36,743 nt of DNA from an uncultured Nitrososphaera sp. (GCA_964464485.1 CAYXGH010000001.1:1370-38112), one strand, 5' to 3'. Numbered from the stretch's first letter, positions 21,997 to 32,621 are shown. Numbers and translations are program-made. Notes: generated by a model from the sequence alone, not told the origin.

Positions 21997-22199
21997 TTCT
22001 GCTCTTTTCTCTCGTTCATTATTGTCTTCATGCGAGCAATATCTCGTCGGAGCCATCTAATGCTGCCTGTCTGCTTCTTCAGAGTGCCCTTTGACTTTTC
22101 GAGTTGAAGCTTTCCAAGATCAGTTTTGAGCTCAGCAAGCTTGTCACTCAGATCCTGATCGTTCATCTCTCGTAATGTCTTTAGCTTAAGTCTCGGCAT
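21993..22199 (-). CDS. rpl29: 50S ribosomal protein L29 (uL29)
   Basis: LREM..L..KLAELK, IRWLRRDIARMKT. Confidence 0.95.
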   Translation of the reverse strand: MPRLKLKTLREMNDQDLSDKLAELKTDLGKLQLEKSKGTLKKQTGSIRWLRRDIARMKTIMNERKEQK

Positions 22200-22899
22200 T
22201 CTGCTTGTCCCCTTTTTGTTCTTCACCTGCTCCTGACGCCTCTTCATTTTTAGCGGATTCTTCGGTTTGAGGACTTAACTGGGGTGCTGATGCCTGCATG
22301 TCTGTATCTTCATTCTTAAACTCAAATTCTTGCGGTAGTGCTACCTTGGATGCAATTCTCAGCTGGATCCCCATTAGGCCCATCTTGGTTAGCACATGAG
22401 TAATCCCTGTCTTGACTATCTTATCGGAAACCTCGCCGCTCTTTGGTACAATGCCGATTGTATGTTTTTCAAAGTGAGCGCGCTCTGTTCTAAGTTTGCC
22501 AGAAATCACAACCTCAACTCCCAGCGCGCCGGCGCTCATTATTGTATTGAGCGACCACATGGCTGCCCGCCTAAAGGCGGTGCCTCGCTCAATAAGCTGA
22601 GCAATTCTATTGCACATTATCTGCGGATTAAGCTCAGGGTTTGAAATTTCAAGAACTGAAATCTGAGGGTTTTGTAGGCCGAACTTTTGCTCGATCTTGG
22701 TCATGAGGTCCTTGATACCAACGCCTTTCCTGCCAATAGCAAGTCCAGGCCTCGTAACATAGACACTTATCCTTGCTCCCACAGGAGTCTTTTGCACCTC
22801 AATGCCTCCATACCCGGCGTCCTTGAGCTCTTCAGCGAGAAATTCATTGAGCTCCATGTTGCGAAAGTTATTCTTAATTACATTTTTGACTGCACTCAT
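22186..22899 (-). CDS. rps3: 30S ribosomal protein S3 (uL/uS3 KH-domain protein)
   Basis: RPGLAIGRKG KH motif, FRRAA, GVEVVISGKL. Confidence 0.97.
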   Translation of the reverse strand: MSAVKNVIKNNFRNMELNEFLAEELKDAGYGGIEVQKTPVGARISVYVTRPGLAIGRKGVGIKDLMTKIEQKFGLQNPQISVLEISNPELNPQIMCNRIAQLIERGTAFRRAAMWSLNTIMSAGALGVEVVISGKLRTERAHFEKHTIGIVPKSGEVSDKIVKTGITHVLTKMGLMGIQLRIASKVALPQEFEFKNEDTDMQASAPQLSPQTEESAKNEEASGAGEEQKGDKQNAET

Positions 22900-23372
22900 T
22901 CTCTATCGTTTGCCTCCTGTGCAACAAGCTCTACATGAACCAAGATGTCAAACTTTGGACTTGATCTGCCCATTGCTCGTGGCTGGAACCGCTTAAGCTT
23001 TGTGCCCTTATGCACTACTACACTCACGATTCGGAGTCTGTCAAGATCCATACCCTTGTATTCAGCATTAGATTCAAGATTGTCTAAAATTCTGAGGAAT
23101 TCTGTTGCTGCCTTTTTGGGAAATCTGCCAGCAAAAAATCCATCACGGATATTAGACCTGTGTGCCACCTCGTTATTGTAGCGGCGGTATGGGATGGCTT
23201 CTTTGTGGGAAATAACATTCTCAAGTAACTCTCGTGCCTTTTCAATTGACCTGCCTTTAATGGCGACAGCTATCTCCCGGGCATGTTTATGAGATATGTC
23301 TTTTTCGCGTATTGAAGCACGTACATGTTTTGTTTTATCGTAATTTTGAAATGCATAATCAAACTGTGGCAT
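22896..23372 (-). CDS. rpl22: 50S ribosomal protein L22 (uL22)
   Basis: ISHKHAREI, GRFPKKA, NAEYKG, PRAMGR. Confidence 0.96.
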   Translation of the reverse strand: MPQFDYAFQNYDKTKHVRASIREKDISHKHAREIAVAIKGRSIEKARELLENVISHKEAIPYRRYNNEVAHRSNIRDGFFAGRFPKKAATEFLRILDNLESNAEYKGMDLDRLRIVSVVVHKGTKLKRFQPRAMGRSSPKFDILVHVELVAQEANDRE

Positions 23373-23377
23373 ACTTA

Positions 23378-23785
23378 TCACTTTAGCGGAACGTACAGGC
23401 TCGATCTAGACGCGCCTACACCCGGTGTGCCGTGCTGAACACGCTTATTTGTAATCGCATATTCACCAAGGTAATGTCCTATCATTTCTGGCTTCATGTT
23501 AAACTGTACAAAATCCTTGCCGTTATGAACGTAAATTGTCAGACCAACCATGTCAGGAAGAATAATCATGTCGCGAGCATGTGTCCTCAATTTACCCTTG
23601 AGCTTTCCATCTCTCGCAAGCTTGAGCTTCTCTCTAAGTTTTCTCTTTTCGTCATTCATATAAGAACTGACGCGCTTATCAAGCGATCTGCGCTGTCTTG
23701 AATTGAGAAGCGGGAGCAGATTCTCTATTGAAAGCGATTGCAATTGTTCAGGACTGTAACCTTTAAACTTAAACTCACGTACCAA
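23378..23785 (-). CDS. rps19: 30S ribosomal protein S19 (uS19)
   Basis: RTHARDMIILPDMVG, HNGK, MIGHYLGE, SSLYVPLK. Confidence 0.97.
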   Translation of the reverse strand: MVREFKFKGYSPEQLQSLSIENLLPLLNSRQRRSLDKRVSSYMNDEKRKLREKLKLARDGKLKGKLRTHARDMIILPDMVGLTIYVHNGKDFVQFNMKPEMIGHYLGEYAITNKRVQHGTPGVGASRSSLYVPLK

Positions 23786-23847
23786 TTAGATCACTCCATC
23801 TCTGGCTTCCAGGCCACTTTTAAATCTAACGAGAAAAAATAGTCCTA

Positions 23848-24195
23848 CTATACTAAAGCCAACTTTGTTGCAAGATCTCTTGCTCCTTCAGGCGCCTTGA
23901 ACTTTACAAAGGCTTTCTTGCCACGAATTGTCCTCGTAGTGTTAACCTCGTCTATGTCAGTTTCATAGAGGATATTGATGGCATCAATGATCTGCTCCTT
24001 GGTAGCCTTTTCTGCTACAATGAAAGCGAGCTTGTTCTCTTTTTCTATCTGGTTGAATGTCTTCTCTGTAACATACGGCGCGAGTATCATAGTTGCTGCT
24101 TGCTCTGAAGTCATATTGCTCCTTGGTTTAGGCGCAGCTGCTTGTTTCTTTTGTGCTGCAGGTGCTGGCTTGCTCATTGCTCTTTTCTTGCTCAC
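23848..24195 (-). CDS. rpl23: 50S ribosomal protein L23 (uL23)
   Basis: PYVTEK, ENKLAFIV, VNT, KKAFVK; Lys/Ala/Pro-rich N-terminus, exact start uncertain. Confidence 0.93.
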   Translation of the reverse strand: MSKKRAMSKPAPAAQKKQAAAPKPRSNMTSEQAATMILAPYVTEKTFNQIEKENKLAFIVAEKATKEQIIDAINILYETDIDEVNTTRTIRGKKAFVKFKAPEGARDLATKLALV

Positions 24196-25004
24196 TTTCC
24201 GATAACCTCCAATACCTTGTGCATAGGTGCCTGCAGGCTTTTCATGTATTCAATTGCACCCTGAGAGAAGATTGTTAGCCTTATTGGCTTTGAGCCAGGG
24301 ACCAGATCAAGGATACTTATATCTTTGGCATGCTTGATGTCAACGCCGGGTATTGACTGGGAAAGCGAGACAAGTTTAGAGTCATTTCCAACAATAATGA
24401 GGGCACTTGTTCCAGAGCGTGTTGATCTTCCCCTGCGCCTTGGAGTTCCTGATCTTGCCTTTCGCACCAGACTTGCCCGAGCAATGTCATCTCCGAGCCC
24501 AAGACGTATCAGCGCGTTCTTGAGATCTTTGGTTTTTGCTATTGATTCAATGCCGTTTGAAACAACTAGAGGAAGTTTGACCTCATTACCTATCTTGTGG
24601 CCACGTCGTTGTACCAGCTCCCTTTTGGCTGTAACTGCTATTGCAGAGCAAAGGCCTAGCTGTTTTTCTTTATGGTTGATTTTCTTGTAAATGACTTTCC
24701 AAGACTCTGGCGGGTGGGCAACTCGTCCGTGTCTTACGCCAGCAACACCTGCAGCCTGGCCTGCCCTAGGAAAGCCTTCTCCTCGAGCCCTTGCAAGGCG
24801 GGCAATCCCAAGCCCTGTGTTGCGGGACTTAGCACTGACCATCTCGCCAGCTGCTGGATATCGTCCCTGTCTTTGGTACGAATGCGAAAGGACGTTCACG
24901 TATACTTTATGAATCACTTCAGGTCGGTACGGGGTATCAAAAACTGCAGGTAGTTCTATCTCAGCAGATTCTGTGCCATCTAGTCCAATAACTTTGGCTT
25001 TCAT
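24192..25004 (-). CDS. rpl4: 50S ribosomal protein L4 (uL4)
   Basis: LPAVFDTPYRPEVI, GRVAHPP, KKINHKE, IPGVD. Confidence 0.96.
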   Translation of the reverse strand: MKAKVIGLDGTESAEIELPAVFDTPYRPEVIHKVYVNVLSHSYQRQGRYPAAGEMVSAKSRNTGLGIARLARARGEGFPRAGQAAGVAGVRHGRVAHPPESWKVIYKKINHKEKQLGLCSAIAVTAKRELVQRRGHKIGNEVKLPLVVSNGIESIAKTKDLKNALIRLGLGDDIARASLVRKARSGTPRRRGRSTRSGTSALIIVGNDSKLVSLSQSIPGVDIKHAKDISILDLVPGSKPIRLTIFSQGAIEYMKSLQAPMHKVLEVIGK

Positions 25005-25999
25005 CTAACAACTATCTCCAAGACCTTTGGCTCAAGCAGCTTCTTCGACACACCGCGTATTGGCTGCCTCATCTTTATCAACCGCTTTGGAACGCCTGGG
25101 ACTGAACCTCTTACTACAATGTAGTCGCCTCTAACTAGCCCGAAGTGTTTAAAGCCGCCGGGGGGATTTATTGAATTCTGTGCATCCTTGTCCGTGTTTG
25201 ATATTATCAGTATGCGCTTGTTGTATTCAGTTCTCTGATGAAATCCTCTCTGACCCTGCCTAGCAACTGTATACATGACTACCGCTGGTGAGATTGGACC
25301 CAAAGTACCGACAGCGCGGACACTCTTTCTTGATTTGTGTTGTTTTCTCTTAACGCCAAACCTAGTAACGGGACCTTCTATTCCTTTGCCACGGGTTATG
25401 CCAAAAACGTCGATATTCTGTCCAATTTGAAAAACATCAGTTATTTTTATTTCCTTTCCCAGAATGCTCTTTACATAATCATATTGCGACCTAGCGTCCT
25501 TGCCGGAAACTGCCACTTCAAAAACGAAAGGTATTTTTTGTGCAAGCCCAATTGAATTTGGAGATACCGCAACAACCGCCATCACGTCATTTGCACTATT
25601 GAGGAGAGATTCTGCTTTTGAAAATCCATCATCGGCACTCTTTGCGTCAAATTTGCGCGACAGCTCTTTTGGCAGATCCTTCGCATAAACATCAAATATA
25701 GCGTGTTGACCGTAAAGATCGTGTCTGTAGCCGCGAATACCGATAATCCTCATCGGCGGCGTCGCAATTACAGTTGCAGCATTCAATAACTGCTTGCCAA
25801 AATTTGGGGTCTTCTCCCTATCGTCGACTGTCAAGATATGAATGCCGCCAGCTTTGAAACCTGCAAAACCTAATAGAGAGCCCTTTTCTGCTGCAAGCTG
25901 GGTCCAAGTTCTCACCCTCGCCTCCAGACTCTTGGCTCTTGCTCTTGGTCTAAAAGCAATGCTACCCCTTCTTGGGGCACTATACTTACGATGACCCAT
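25001..25999 (-). CDS. rpl3: 50S ribosomal protein L3 (uL3)
   Basis: PRRGSIAFRPR, GFKAG, RTEYNKRI, GGFKHFG, GSVPG. Confidence 0.97.
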   Translation of the reverse strand: MGHRKYSAPRRGSIAFRPRARAKSLEARVRTWTQLAAEKGSLLGFAGFKAGGIHILTVDDREKTPNFGKQLLNAATVIATPPMRIIGIRGYRHDLYGQHAIFDVYAKDLPKELSRKFDAKSADDGFSKAESLLNSANDVMAVVAVSPNSIGLAQKIPFVFEVAVSGKDARSQYDYVKSILGKEIKITDVFQIGQNIDVFGITRGKGIEGPVTRFGVKRKQHKSRKSVRAVGTLGPISPAVVMYTVARQGQRGFHQRTEYNKRILIISNTDKDAQNSINPPGGFKHFGLVRGDYIVVRGSVPGVPKRLIKMRQPIRGVSKKLLEPKVLEIVVR

Positions 26000-26808
26000 A
26001 GATACTGCACCACACCGCCTCTCCCTTTAATAAGTTATTTGACCTGCGTATCTGGCGATTGCGAATAGCTAAAAAAATTGACAAATAAATAGACAGAAGG
26101 TTGACCGAACAAGGGCAAGCAACGAGAACGGCTGAGCTCTCTTAGAGAGGTAGCACTGCTTAGGAAATAAAATAAAATAAAAGTAAAGCCTTGGCGAAGG
26201 CCGTTTGTTCCATGAATGCTTGGTGTAGAACTAACAGCTCAAATCTTCGGCATTATCTATGACCTCTAACGCAGTGCAGCTCAGCGTTATCCGTTCTCTA
26301 ATTTTATCATATGAAACATCTAGAATATCGCTTTCTGTGCTTGGCCTTTTCTGTATCTTTGGGTTATGAGATCCGATTCACTAAAAATGCGAAATATTGA
26401 ATTGGTGTATTTTACACCAATCGGTATCCCATCAATAGGGCTTCTGCATTTACTTAGTATATCAGCAGATAGCACAATTCACGTGTATATGCGAGGTGGG
26501 TCGAAGATTCTTAGACGATTTATTGACATAGTATCTTGGCGAGCTTCGTTGTAGCCATATTGGCTTTCCTCCCGAATGCTAACAGCTTCAGGATGTAGAA
26601 TTTGACTATTGTAGTTTGATTTATCATATTGGTTCGGGTGTGCTACTACACGAAGTATGTCTTTAGGCATGCAGGGTTCAATTGCAGTCTACCACAAGCT
26701 TATGACTGAATCTAGATAGATTCTTCAGGAATCGGAGAAGGTGGCTTCCGGCAACTATTGATTCTAGCATCATGATTCGTCGGTCCGTTGTAGTATTCTG
26801 CGAAGATC

Positions 26809-27669
26809 TTATTTAGGCGGGGTCCAATGTTCGGTTAACTGTAAAGTGCTATTCAATATGGCTAGCGTTCCAAGTACCGCTTCTTCAAGTCTTACAGTTT
26901 CAGTGCCTTGATTTGGGAACATGTTTACAACATATTCGTAGGGCCTGATGCTGGCACCTTCCTTAGCAAGGATCTCATGAAGGCCGTGCTTGGGCGCTCC
27001 AAATGTAACTAGAATATTCTGAACATTTTTGGCGTGTTCATCAAGCCCGGCCTCAACGTTTTTGAAGTAGCGGCCCTTTCTCGATGTAATGATTATGACG
27101 GTTTTTTCAACGCTTGCAAGAAGCTTCGAAATTGAAGGAACCTCTTTTACTTCATAGCCCCAATAATCAAGAATGTCTTGCTCTGTTGCTTGGATAGCCT
27201 TGAGATTTGGATATGATGAGATGAACCGGACATTCACTTTCTTACCTTCAAGACCCTCACCTATAAAGGGCACAAGTGATCCTAGGCCTACTTCAACAAA
27301 TAGCTGGCCCTTAACCTTGACGATAACACCTGTGCGGACGTCGCCTGCTTTCACTCTCTTGATATCTTCAAGTACCCTATGGTGGGGCGCCTTTATCGGG
27401 TGTAGTATGCCTGCGTATTGGAGCTGATGCATCATCGGAAATAGCATCTTTCGGAGGTACTGGGGCGTGTCAAGATAGCGGAGTATTGTCTTGAGCAAAT
27501 GGGGGTCATCTTTTTCGAAGTGAGAGAGAGAATCATGATAGATGTATACCCTCTTGACTCTAAAAATTGAGCAGGCACGAGCAAATTGTGCTATTTTTAT
27601 GCTTTTGTCGCGCTTTGTCTGCTCATCTGAAAGTGACGAGTCTGGTATTGTGATCCAAAGATCAGGCAT
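26809..27669 (-). CDS. SPOUT-family RNA methyltransferase (DUF171/MTH1-like)
   Basis: IPDS, ARACSIFRV, YLDTPQYLRK, FGAP, PNQGTETVRLEEAV. Confidence 0.9.
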   Translation of the reverse strand: MPDLWITIPDSSLSDEQTKRDKSIKIAQFARACSIFRVKRVYIYHDSLSHFEKDDPHLLKTILRYLDTPQYLRKMLFPMMHQLQYAGILHPIKAPHHRVLEDIKRVKAGDVRTGVIVKVKGQLFVEVGLGSLVPFIGEGLEGKKVNVRFISSYPNLKAIQATEQDILDYWGYEVKEVPSISKLLASVEKTVIIITSRKGRYFKNVEAGLDEHAKNVQNILVTFGAPKHGLHEILAKEGASIRPYEYVVNMFPNQGTETVRLEEAVLGTLAILNSTLQLTEHWTPPK

Positions 27670-27671
27670 TA

Positions 27672-28334
27672 CTACGCCCTTATCAGCTCTTCAACTGTAC
27701 CTTCCAAAAAGCCATTTGATCCAAAGTAAGTTTGCCTTAATACTCCTTTTCTGTCGACAAGTATGGCGGACGGGGTGCCGCGTAAAGCATATTCATCAAA
27801 AGTCTTGGCCGAATACTCCTTTGATTTTAGGTATTGTTTTACGCGCTCAATCAATACCTGTCTATCTTTTTCACCATATGACCGAAAGCTAGGGATGTTG
27901 GCTTCGATAAAGTCCATGACCTTGCTGTGAGTGAGTGGGCCGGAATGCTTGACTAGCATGTCCATAGCAACAGGAAAAGGTATTTTGTAGGGTAGCTTGT
28001 TGCCATCCCTTACCTGGCCAATGTTACTGAATGCACGATATGTCTCTCCTATGACTTCGCCCGTACTGACTAACTTTTGAAGGTTCTCAAGATTGTTCTT
28101 ATCGAAATCCTCAAAGGCAGTTGCAAGACCCACAACGGTGAGACCCTTATCTCTATATCTTCTGTAAATCTCAATTACTTCAGGCATGCTGTAAAGGAAG
28201 CAGCCAGGGCAATTGACCTGAAATACTTCAACTAGCACGACGTTGCCTCTCTCCTTATCTATGTTTGTTGGTTTTCCCTGTACCCAGGTCGAAACCTCTA
28301 GGTTTGGAGCTTTCGTGCCTATTGTCGTTACCAT
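27672..28334 (-). CDS. Thioredoxin-like redoxin (TlpA/AhpC-TSA fold)
   Basis: FQVNCPGC CxxC motif and cis-Pro loop GTPS..LVDRKG. Confidence 0.85.
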   Translation of the reverse strand: MVTTIGTKAPNLEVSTWVQGKPTNIDKERGNVVLVEVFQVNCPGCFLYSMPEVIEIYRRYRDKGLTVVGLATAFEDFDKNNLENLQKLVSTGEVIGETYRAFSNIGQVRDGNKLPYKIPFPVAMDMLVKHSGPLTHSKVMDFIEANIPSFRSYGEKDRQVLIERVKQYLKSKEYSAKTFDEYALRGTPSAILVDRKGVLRQTYFGSNGFLEGTVEELIRA

Positions 28335-28374
28335 TGTTAATCCAGTTTAACGAGATCTGTATAAATTGGTTTTA

Positions 28375-29112
28375 TCATGCCCCGCGCTTTGAGGCCCTAT
28401 CTCTAGCCGTTGCTGCATATCTTTGAATTTCCTCCTCTTCTGCCTTTCGCATTGTCTTGGCCTTGGTATCGATTATCGCCATCTTCAAGTGCCGGGTGCC
28501 TGTTTTTTCCTCACTAACCAAATATATCGACTCAATGGCAAGAGCGGCGCCTTCGTCAAGACTAATGTCCGGTTTGTAGCTTTTTTCCAGGAATTCAGTC
28601 ACTTGATCGCTCCCTGCACCGATCGCGACGGCGTCATAGCCGATATATGTGCCACTTGGATCTGTCAGATAAAGGCCAGAACCATTCTTGTCTACACCTG
28701 CAAGTATCAGAGCAACACCAAACGGTCTGACACCTGCATACTGTGTAAATTGCTGACACATGTCTGCGATGTTCTTAGCAACACCTTCAACATCTACCGC
28801 CTCATCGTATATCAGCCTGTTGCTCTGTGCAAAGAACCTTGCATGGTCGATCTGAGTGCGCGCGTCAGGAATATATCCCGCCGCAGCGACACCTATGTGA
28901 TCGTCGACTTGAAAGATTTTTTGGGTAACATTCGATATCTGGAGCTTTCTTGTTTTTTCCTCTACTGCAAGGATTACTCCGTCCATACTTTTAACGCCTA
29001 TTGCAAGCGTTCCGCGTCTGACTGTTTCAATTGCATATTCTACCTGGTAAAGTCTTCCATCTGGAGAAAATACTGTAATGGCTCGGTCATAGCCCGCTGC
29101 TGCTGGTAACAA
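28375..29112 (-). CDS. psmA: Proteasome alpha subunit
   Basis: YDRAITVFSPDGRLYQVEYA, RPFGVALI, TDPSG, AIGAG. Confidence 0.97.
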   Translation of the reverse strand: MLPAAAGYDRAITVFSPDGRLYQVEYAIETVRRGTLAIGVKSMDGVILAVEEKTRKLQISNVTQKIFQVDDHIGVAAAGYIPDARTQIDHARFFAQSNRLIYDEAVDVEGVAKNIADMCQQFTQYAGVRPFGVALILAGVDKNGSGLYLTDPSGTYIGYDAVAIGAGSDQVTEFLEKSYKPDISLDEGAALAIESIYLVSEEKTGTRHLKMAIIDTKAKTMRKAEEEEIQRYAATARDRASKRGA

Positions 29113-29220
29113 TTCGATCTAATTTTTTGCAATGTTCCATTTAAGCCTACCTATGAGGGAACAGTCTAAAGCAAATGCAATCTTGCATGATTTTAATAAC
29201 GTATAGTTGCAGGAACTGCG

Positions 29221-29640
29221 ATGGTTCAGGATGAGGTGACGTTTTACGGCCACCCTAATATTCGATCGCTTCATGCCAAGACTATTGAAATAACCAAGGA
29301 TGAGCACCTGACACCTAGGGGTGACTGCATAATAGGGGTAAAAGCCAACAAGGCTTGCGCTGATTTGGACGAATCTTTCAAGCACAGGCTAAAATCAAAT
29401 TCATCAAGCGTCAGAATAGAGATAATGGTTGGAGATGAATCATTCCTTATATCAGGCATGGGTGATGAGCGGCTTAGTATGTTAAATGCACATGATATAG
29501 TGATACGCAAGACAAATTTTGTATGCCCGCGAACTATGTCTGTTCTATGCGACAAGGCATCTTCAGACTTGCCAAGGAAAGTGGTAAACATGCTGCAGGA
29601 CCAAGAGACAAAAGGGATATTCAGAATCACACTTGAATGA
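29221..29640 (+). CDS. DUF371 family protein
   Basis: GHPNIRSLHAKTIEITKD..LTPRGDCIIGV, VIRKT..RT. Confidence 0.88.
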   Translation: MVQDEVTFYGHPNIRSLHAKTIEITKDEHLTPRGDCIIGVKANKACADLDESFKHRLKSNSSSVRIEIMVGDESFLISGMGDERLSMLNAHDIVIRKTNFVCPRTMSVLCDKASSDLPRKVVNMLQDQETKGIFRITLE

Positions 29641-29642
29641 TC

Positions 29643-30203
29643 TCACTTTTTGACCTGCTTTTTTCCTCCGATCATTATTGCATATTCTTTACTTCGGAGT
29701 GTCTTAGCCAAAGCAGTGTTTAGTATCTCAAATGCAACGTATTCCTTGAAGTGGTCACCTTTACAAAGATTGCAGGTGTCCTTTCCATTAATCTCTGTAG
29801 CAAATTTTTCGTCTTCAAATATACTCTTTAGAACTTTCAGTAACCTTGAACTGGTGTATTCTATGAGCTTGGATTGTTTTTCAAGGTTTGGGACATTATA
29901 ACTGAAGGCACGTAGAGTCGGCATGTAATACTTTCTGACAGCACCCCGCACTTCTACCATCTTGGTGACTTCGATCAAGCCGGCACTCTTAAGAGTGTCA
30001 AGATGATGTCTGATAGTAGTCGTAGCCTTTTTATGACCAGCGCGTCGAAGTATCTTCGAGATCTCTTCTGCAGTCATTTGCTTATGACTTAAGATCTCTA
30101 GGATCTTTATCCTAACAGGGTCATTTAGCGCACGAGCTGATTGATATCCTAGTGTAGTCACTCCTTTCACCCTGACTTCATTCTCAAAAAGCGTTCCAAC
30201 CAT
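29643..30203 (-). CDS. ArsR-like winged-helix transcriptional regulator
   Basis: ARALNDPVRIKILEIL..MTAEEI..TTIRHHLDTLKSAGLI..KYY. Confidence 0.88.
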   Translation of the reverse strand: MVGTLFENEVRVKGVTTLGYQSARALNDPVRIKILEILSHKQMTAEEISKILRRAGHKKATTTIRHHLDTLKSAGLIEVTKMVEVRGAVRKYYMPTLRAFSYNVPNLEKQSKLIEYTSSRLLKVLKSIFEDEKFATEINGKDTCNLCKGDHFKEYVAFEILNTALAKTLRSKEYAIMIGGKKQVKK

Positions 30204-30502
30204 GGCGACGACAAGAAAAGAGTAGACAACGTAGTAAAAAGACTGTTATCAGTTCCTTTTGCCTGAGTTGTTAAATGTTTTAACTATGCTAAGTTTATTA
30301 TACTTGATATGGGGCCAACATCTATTTCATACAAAAATTATCATTAAAATAATAATGTTATCAATACTATGATAACAATCTAACAAATATCAAAATGATA
30401 TGCATATAAAATCTGATGCTAACTGACTAACTTTAGCTAGATAAGCATGCTTTCAACCTTACATACCATCAAAAAACGGTTATAACCAGTCCTAAAATAG
30501 AG

Positions 30503-31336
30503 CTATAGCCTACGGCCGCTTATTAGCTCATAGGCAAAGATGTAGCGCCTGCTCAGGTCATTAACTACCGACGAGCTGATTTGAGGGGATTCCGGTTTTC
30601 TGCCTTCCTTGGCAAGCCTCTCTATTGTGTCCTTAAATCCAATTTCTATAAGCCAATCACGCAACAACTGTTTGTCGTAGCTTTCCTGAATTTTGCCTGG
30701 TTGGTAGGCAGCTTTGAGCCATAGTCGGTATTCATCGGGTCCAAGCGAGTCTCCAAGGAGTATATTGCCCTTTTCATCTAGGCCAAATTCGAACTTGACG
30801 TCTGCTATGATAAATCCCGCCCTATCGACAATCGTGCTCATTTTCTTGTAAAGAGATATTGATGTCCTTTCAAGGAAATCATAATCGTTGTCAGACAAAA
30901 TGCCTAAAGAAATTACTCTCTGACGATTGATAGGCCTATCATGCTCCTCAGATTTTGTGGTAGGATCGAATATTGGCTCAGGCAGTTTCGATCCCAAAAC
31001 TGGCCTGAAACCTGAAGGAAGTTCCTTTCCCAAGCGTTCGTTGTACCGTTCGACAAAGCTGCCGTAAAAGTATCCCCTTACCACACATTCGAGAGGTATC
31101 ATTTGTAATTTTTTGACCTCCATTTTATCCTTGGCCACTACTTTCAGCATGTGGTGAGGAGTTTCAAGTGTATCAAACCAGAACTCTGCGAATTTGCATA
31201 GAACCTCCCCCTTTTTTGGAATCGGCGTTGCCATCTTGACATCAAAAGCAGAGATGCGATCTGAGAAATGGAACAGAATATTCCCATTGTCAAGCTCGTA
31301 TATGTCCTTGACCTTTCCGCTGCGTGTCAGCCTCAT
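30503..31336 (-). CDS. purC: SAICAR synthetase
   Basis: SGKVKDIY, SDRISAFDV, ECVVRGY, PTTK, DVKFEFG, DKQLLRDWL. Confidence 0.96.
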   Translation of the reverse strand: MRLTRSGKVKDIYELDNGNILFHFSDRISAFDVKMATPIPKKGEVLCKFAEFWFDTLETPHHMLKVVAKDKMEVKKLQMIPLECVVRGYFYGSFVERYNERLGKELPSGFRPVLGSKLPEPIFDPTTKSEEHDRPINRQRVISLGILSDNDYDFLERTSISLYKKMSTIVDRAGFIIADVKFEFGLDEKGNILLGDSLGPDEYRLWLKAAYQPGKIQESYDKQLLRDWLIEIGFKDTIERLAKEGRKPESPQISSSVVNDLSRRYIFAYELISGRRL

Positions 31337-31430
31337 GGTTGCATTGGCTAGATTTGGATGCAATAAAAAATCTATCTGTCATGATTGAAAGACATTTAAC
31401 GGTGCTACTAATCATCTTATCCAGCCAGAT

Positions 31431-32621
31431 ATGGTGAACAGCGACCTTCTTGTCATAGAAAGACCAATACGTGTTGGCATTATAGGGGGAGGTCAGCTTG
31501 GAAAGATGATTGCCCATGAAGCGAGGCGGATGTCACTTAAGGTTATTGTTCTAGACCCGACGGAAGGATGTCCGGCTTCAAGCATTGCAGACGAGCAGAT
31601 AGTGGCTGATTTCAAAGATGAGGACGCAATAATGCGATTAGCAGAAAAATGCGATGTTCTAACCTATGAGATAGAGCTTGCAAATTCTATGGCCCTAAAG
31701 GATCTGGAAGCAAGAATTTACCCAGTCCGGCCGGCACCAGAAACACTTCATATTGTCCAGAATAAGTTAAGACAAAAGGCCTTCCTGAGGCAGCATGAAA
31801 TTGATGTCGCAGATTTTGAGCGCGTTAGATCAGAGGATCATCTGTATCAATTGTGTGATAACTTTGGCTTTCCTGTGATGCTTAAGGCATGTGAGAACTC
31901 GTACGATGGCCGTGGCAATTTTCTAATAACCTCACGCGAACAAGTACGTCGGGCCTTCAACTATTTATCTGAAAATGAGCTAATGGTCGAAAAGTTTGTC
32001 CCTTTTACAAAAGAGATTTCAATAATGGTCGCCCGTAACCCTAGCGGAGAGGTAGCGTCGTTTCCCGTTGCAGAAAACATTCACAAAAACGGCATCTTGG
32101 ACACTTCGATAGTGCCAGCAGGGATCAATCAAGAGGTCGAGTTAAAGGCGAAAAGGATGGTGGAGATGACCATGGAGGTATTAAAAGGGGTAGGAATATT
32201 TGGAATAGAGATGTTTGTTACAAAAAAGGGGGATGTCTTGATAAATGAAATTGCCCCCAGGCCGCATAATTCCGGGCACTATACTAATGAAGCTTGCTCG
32301 GTGTCGCAATTTGAGCAGCACCTGAGGGCTGTGCTTGACCTGCCATTGAGCAAGCCTGAATTACTTTGTCCAGCCGTCATGGTTAACATACTTGGAAATG
32401 AACATTCAAGTGGACCCTATGCGATCAAGGGCCTCAGACGGCTCTTAAGTGTTCCAGGTGTTAAACTTTATGTGTACGGCAAGAAAACATCTAAGCCTGG
32501 ACGCAAGCTGGGTCATATTACTGCAACGGGCAGGACAGTAGAGGAAGCGCTTATGCGGGCTGCAAATGCTAGAACTAGATTTGAACTAACTGTCAAAATG
32601 ACCAAGGAAATACAGGAATGA
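31431..32621 (+). CDS. purK: N5-CAIR synthetase
   Basis: [42 protein letters not shown]. Confidence 0.96.
   Translation: MVNSDLLVIERPIRVGIIGGGQLGKMIAHEARRMSLKVIVLDPTEGCPASSIADEQIVADFKDEDAIMRLAEKCDVLTYEIELANSMALKDLEARIYPVRPAPETLHIVQNKLRQKAFLRQHEIDVADFERVRSEDHLYQLCDNFGFPVMLKACENSYDGRGNFLITSREQVRRAFNYLSENELMVEKFVPFTKEISIMVARNPSGEVASFPVAENIHKNGILDTSIVPAGINQEVELKAKRMVEMTMEVLKGVGIFGIEMFVTKKGDVLINEIAPRPHNSGHYTNEACSVSQFEQHLRAVLDLPLSKPELLCPAVMVNILGNEHSSGPYAIKGLRRLLSVPGVKLYVYGKKTSKPGRKLGHITATGRTVEEALMRAANARTRFELTVKMTKEIQE

Noticed and set aside
28423-29109. 228-aa plus-strand ORF
   Set aside because: Antisense shadow of the conserved psmA, with no recognisable motif.
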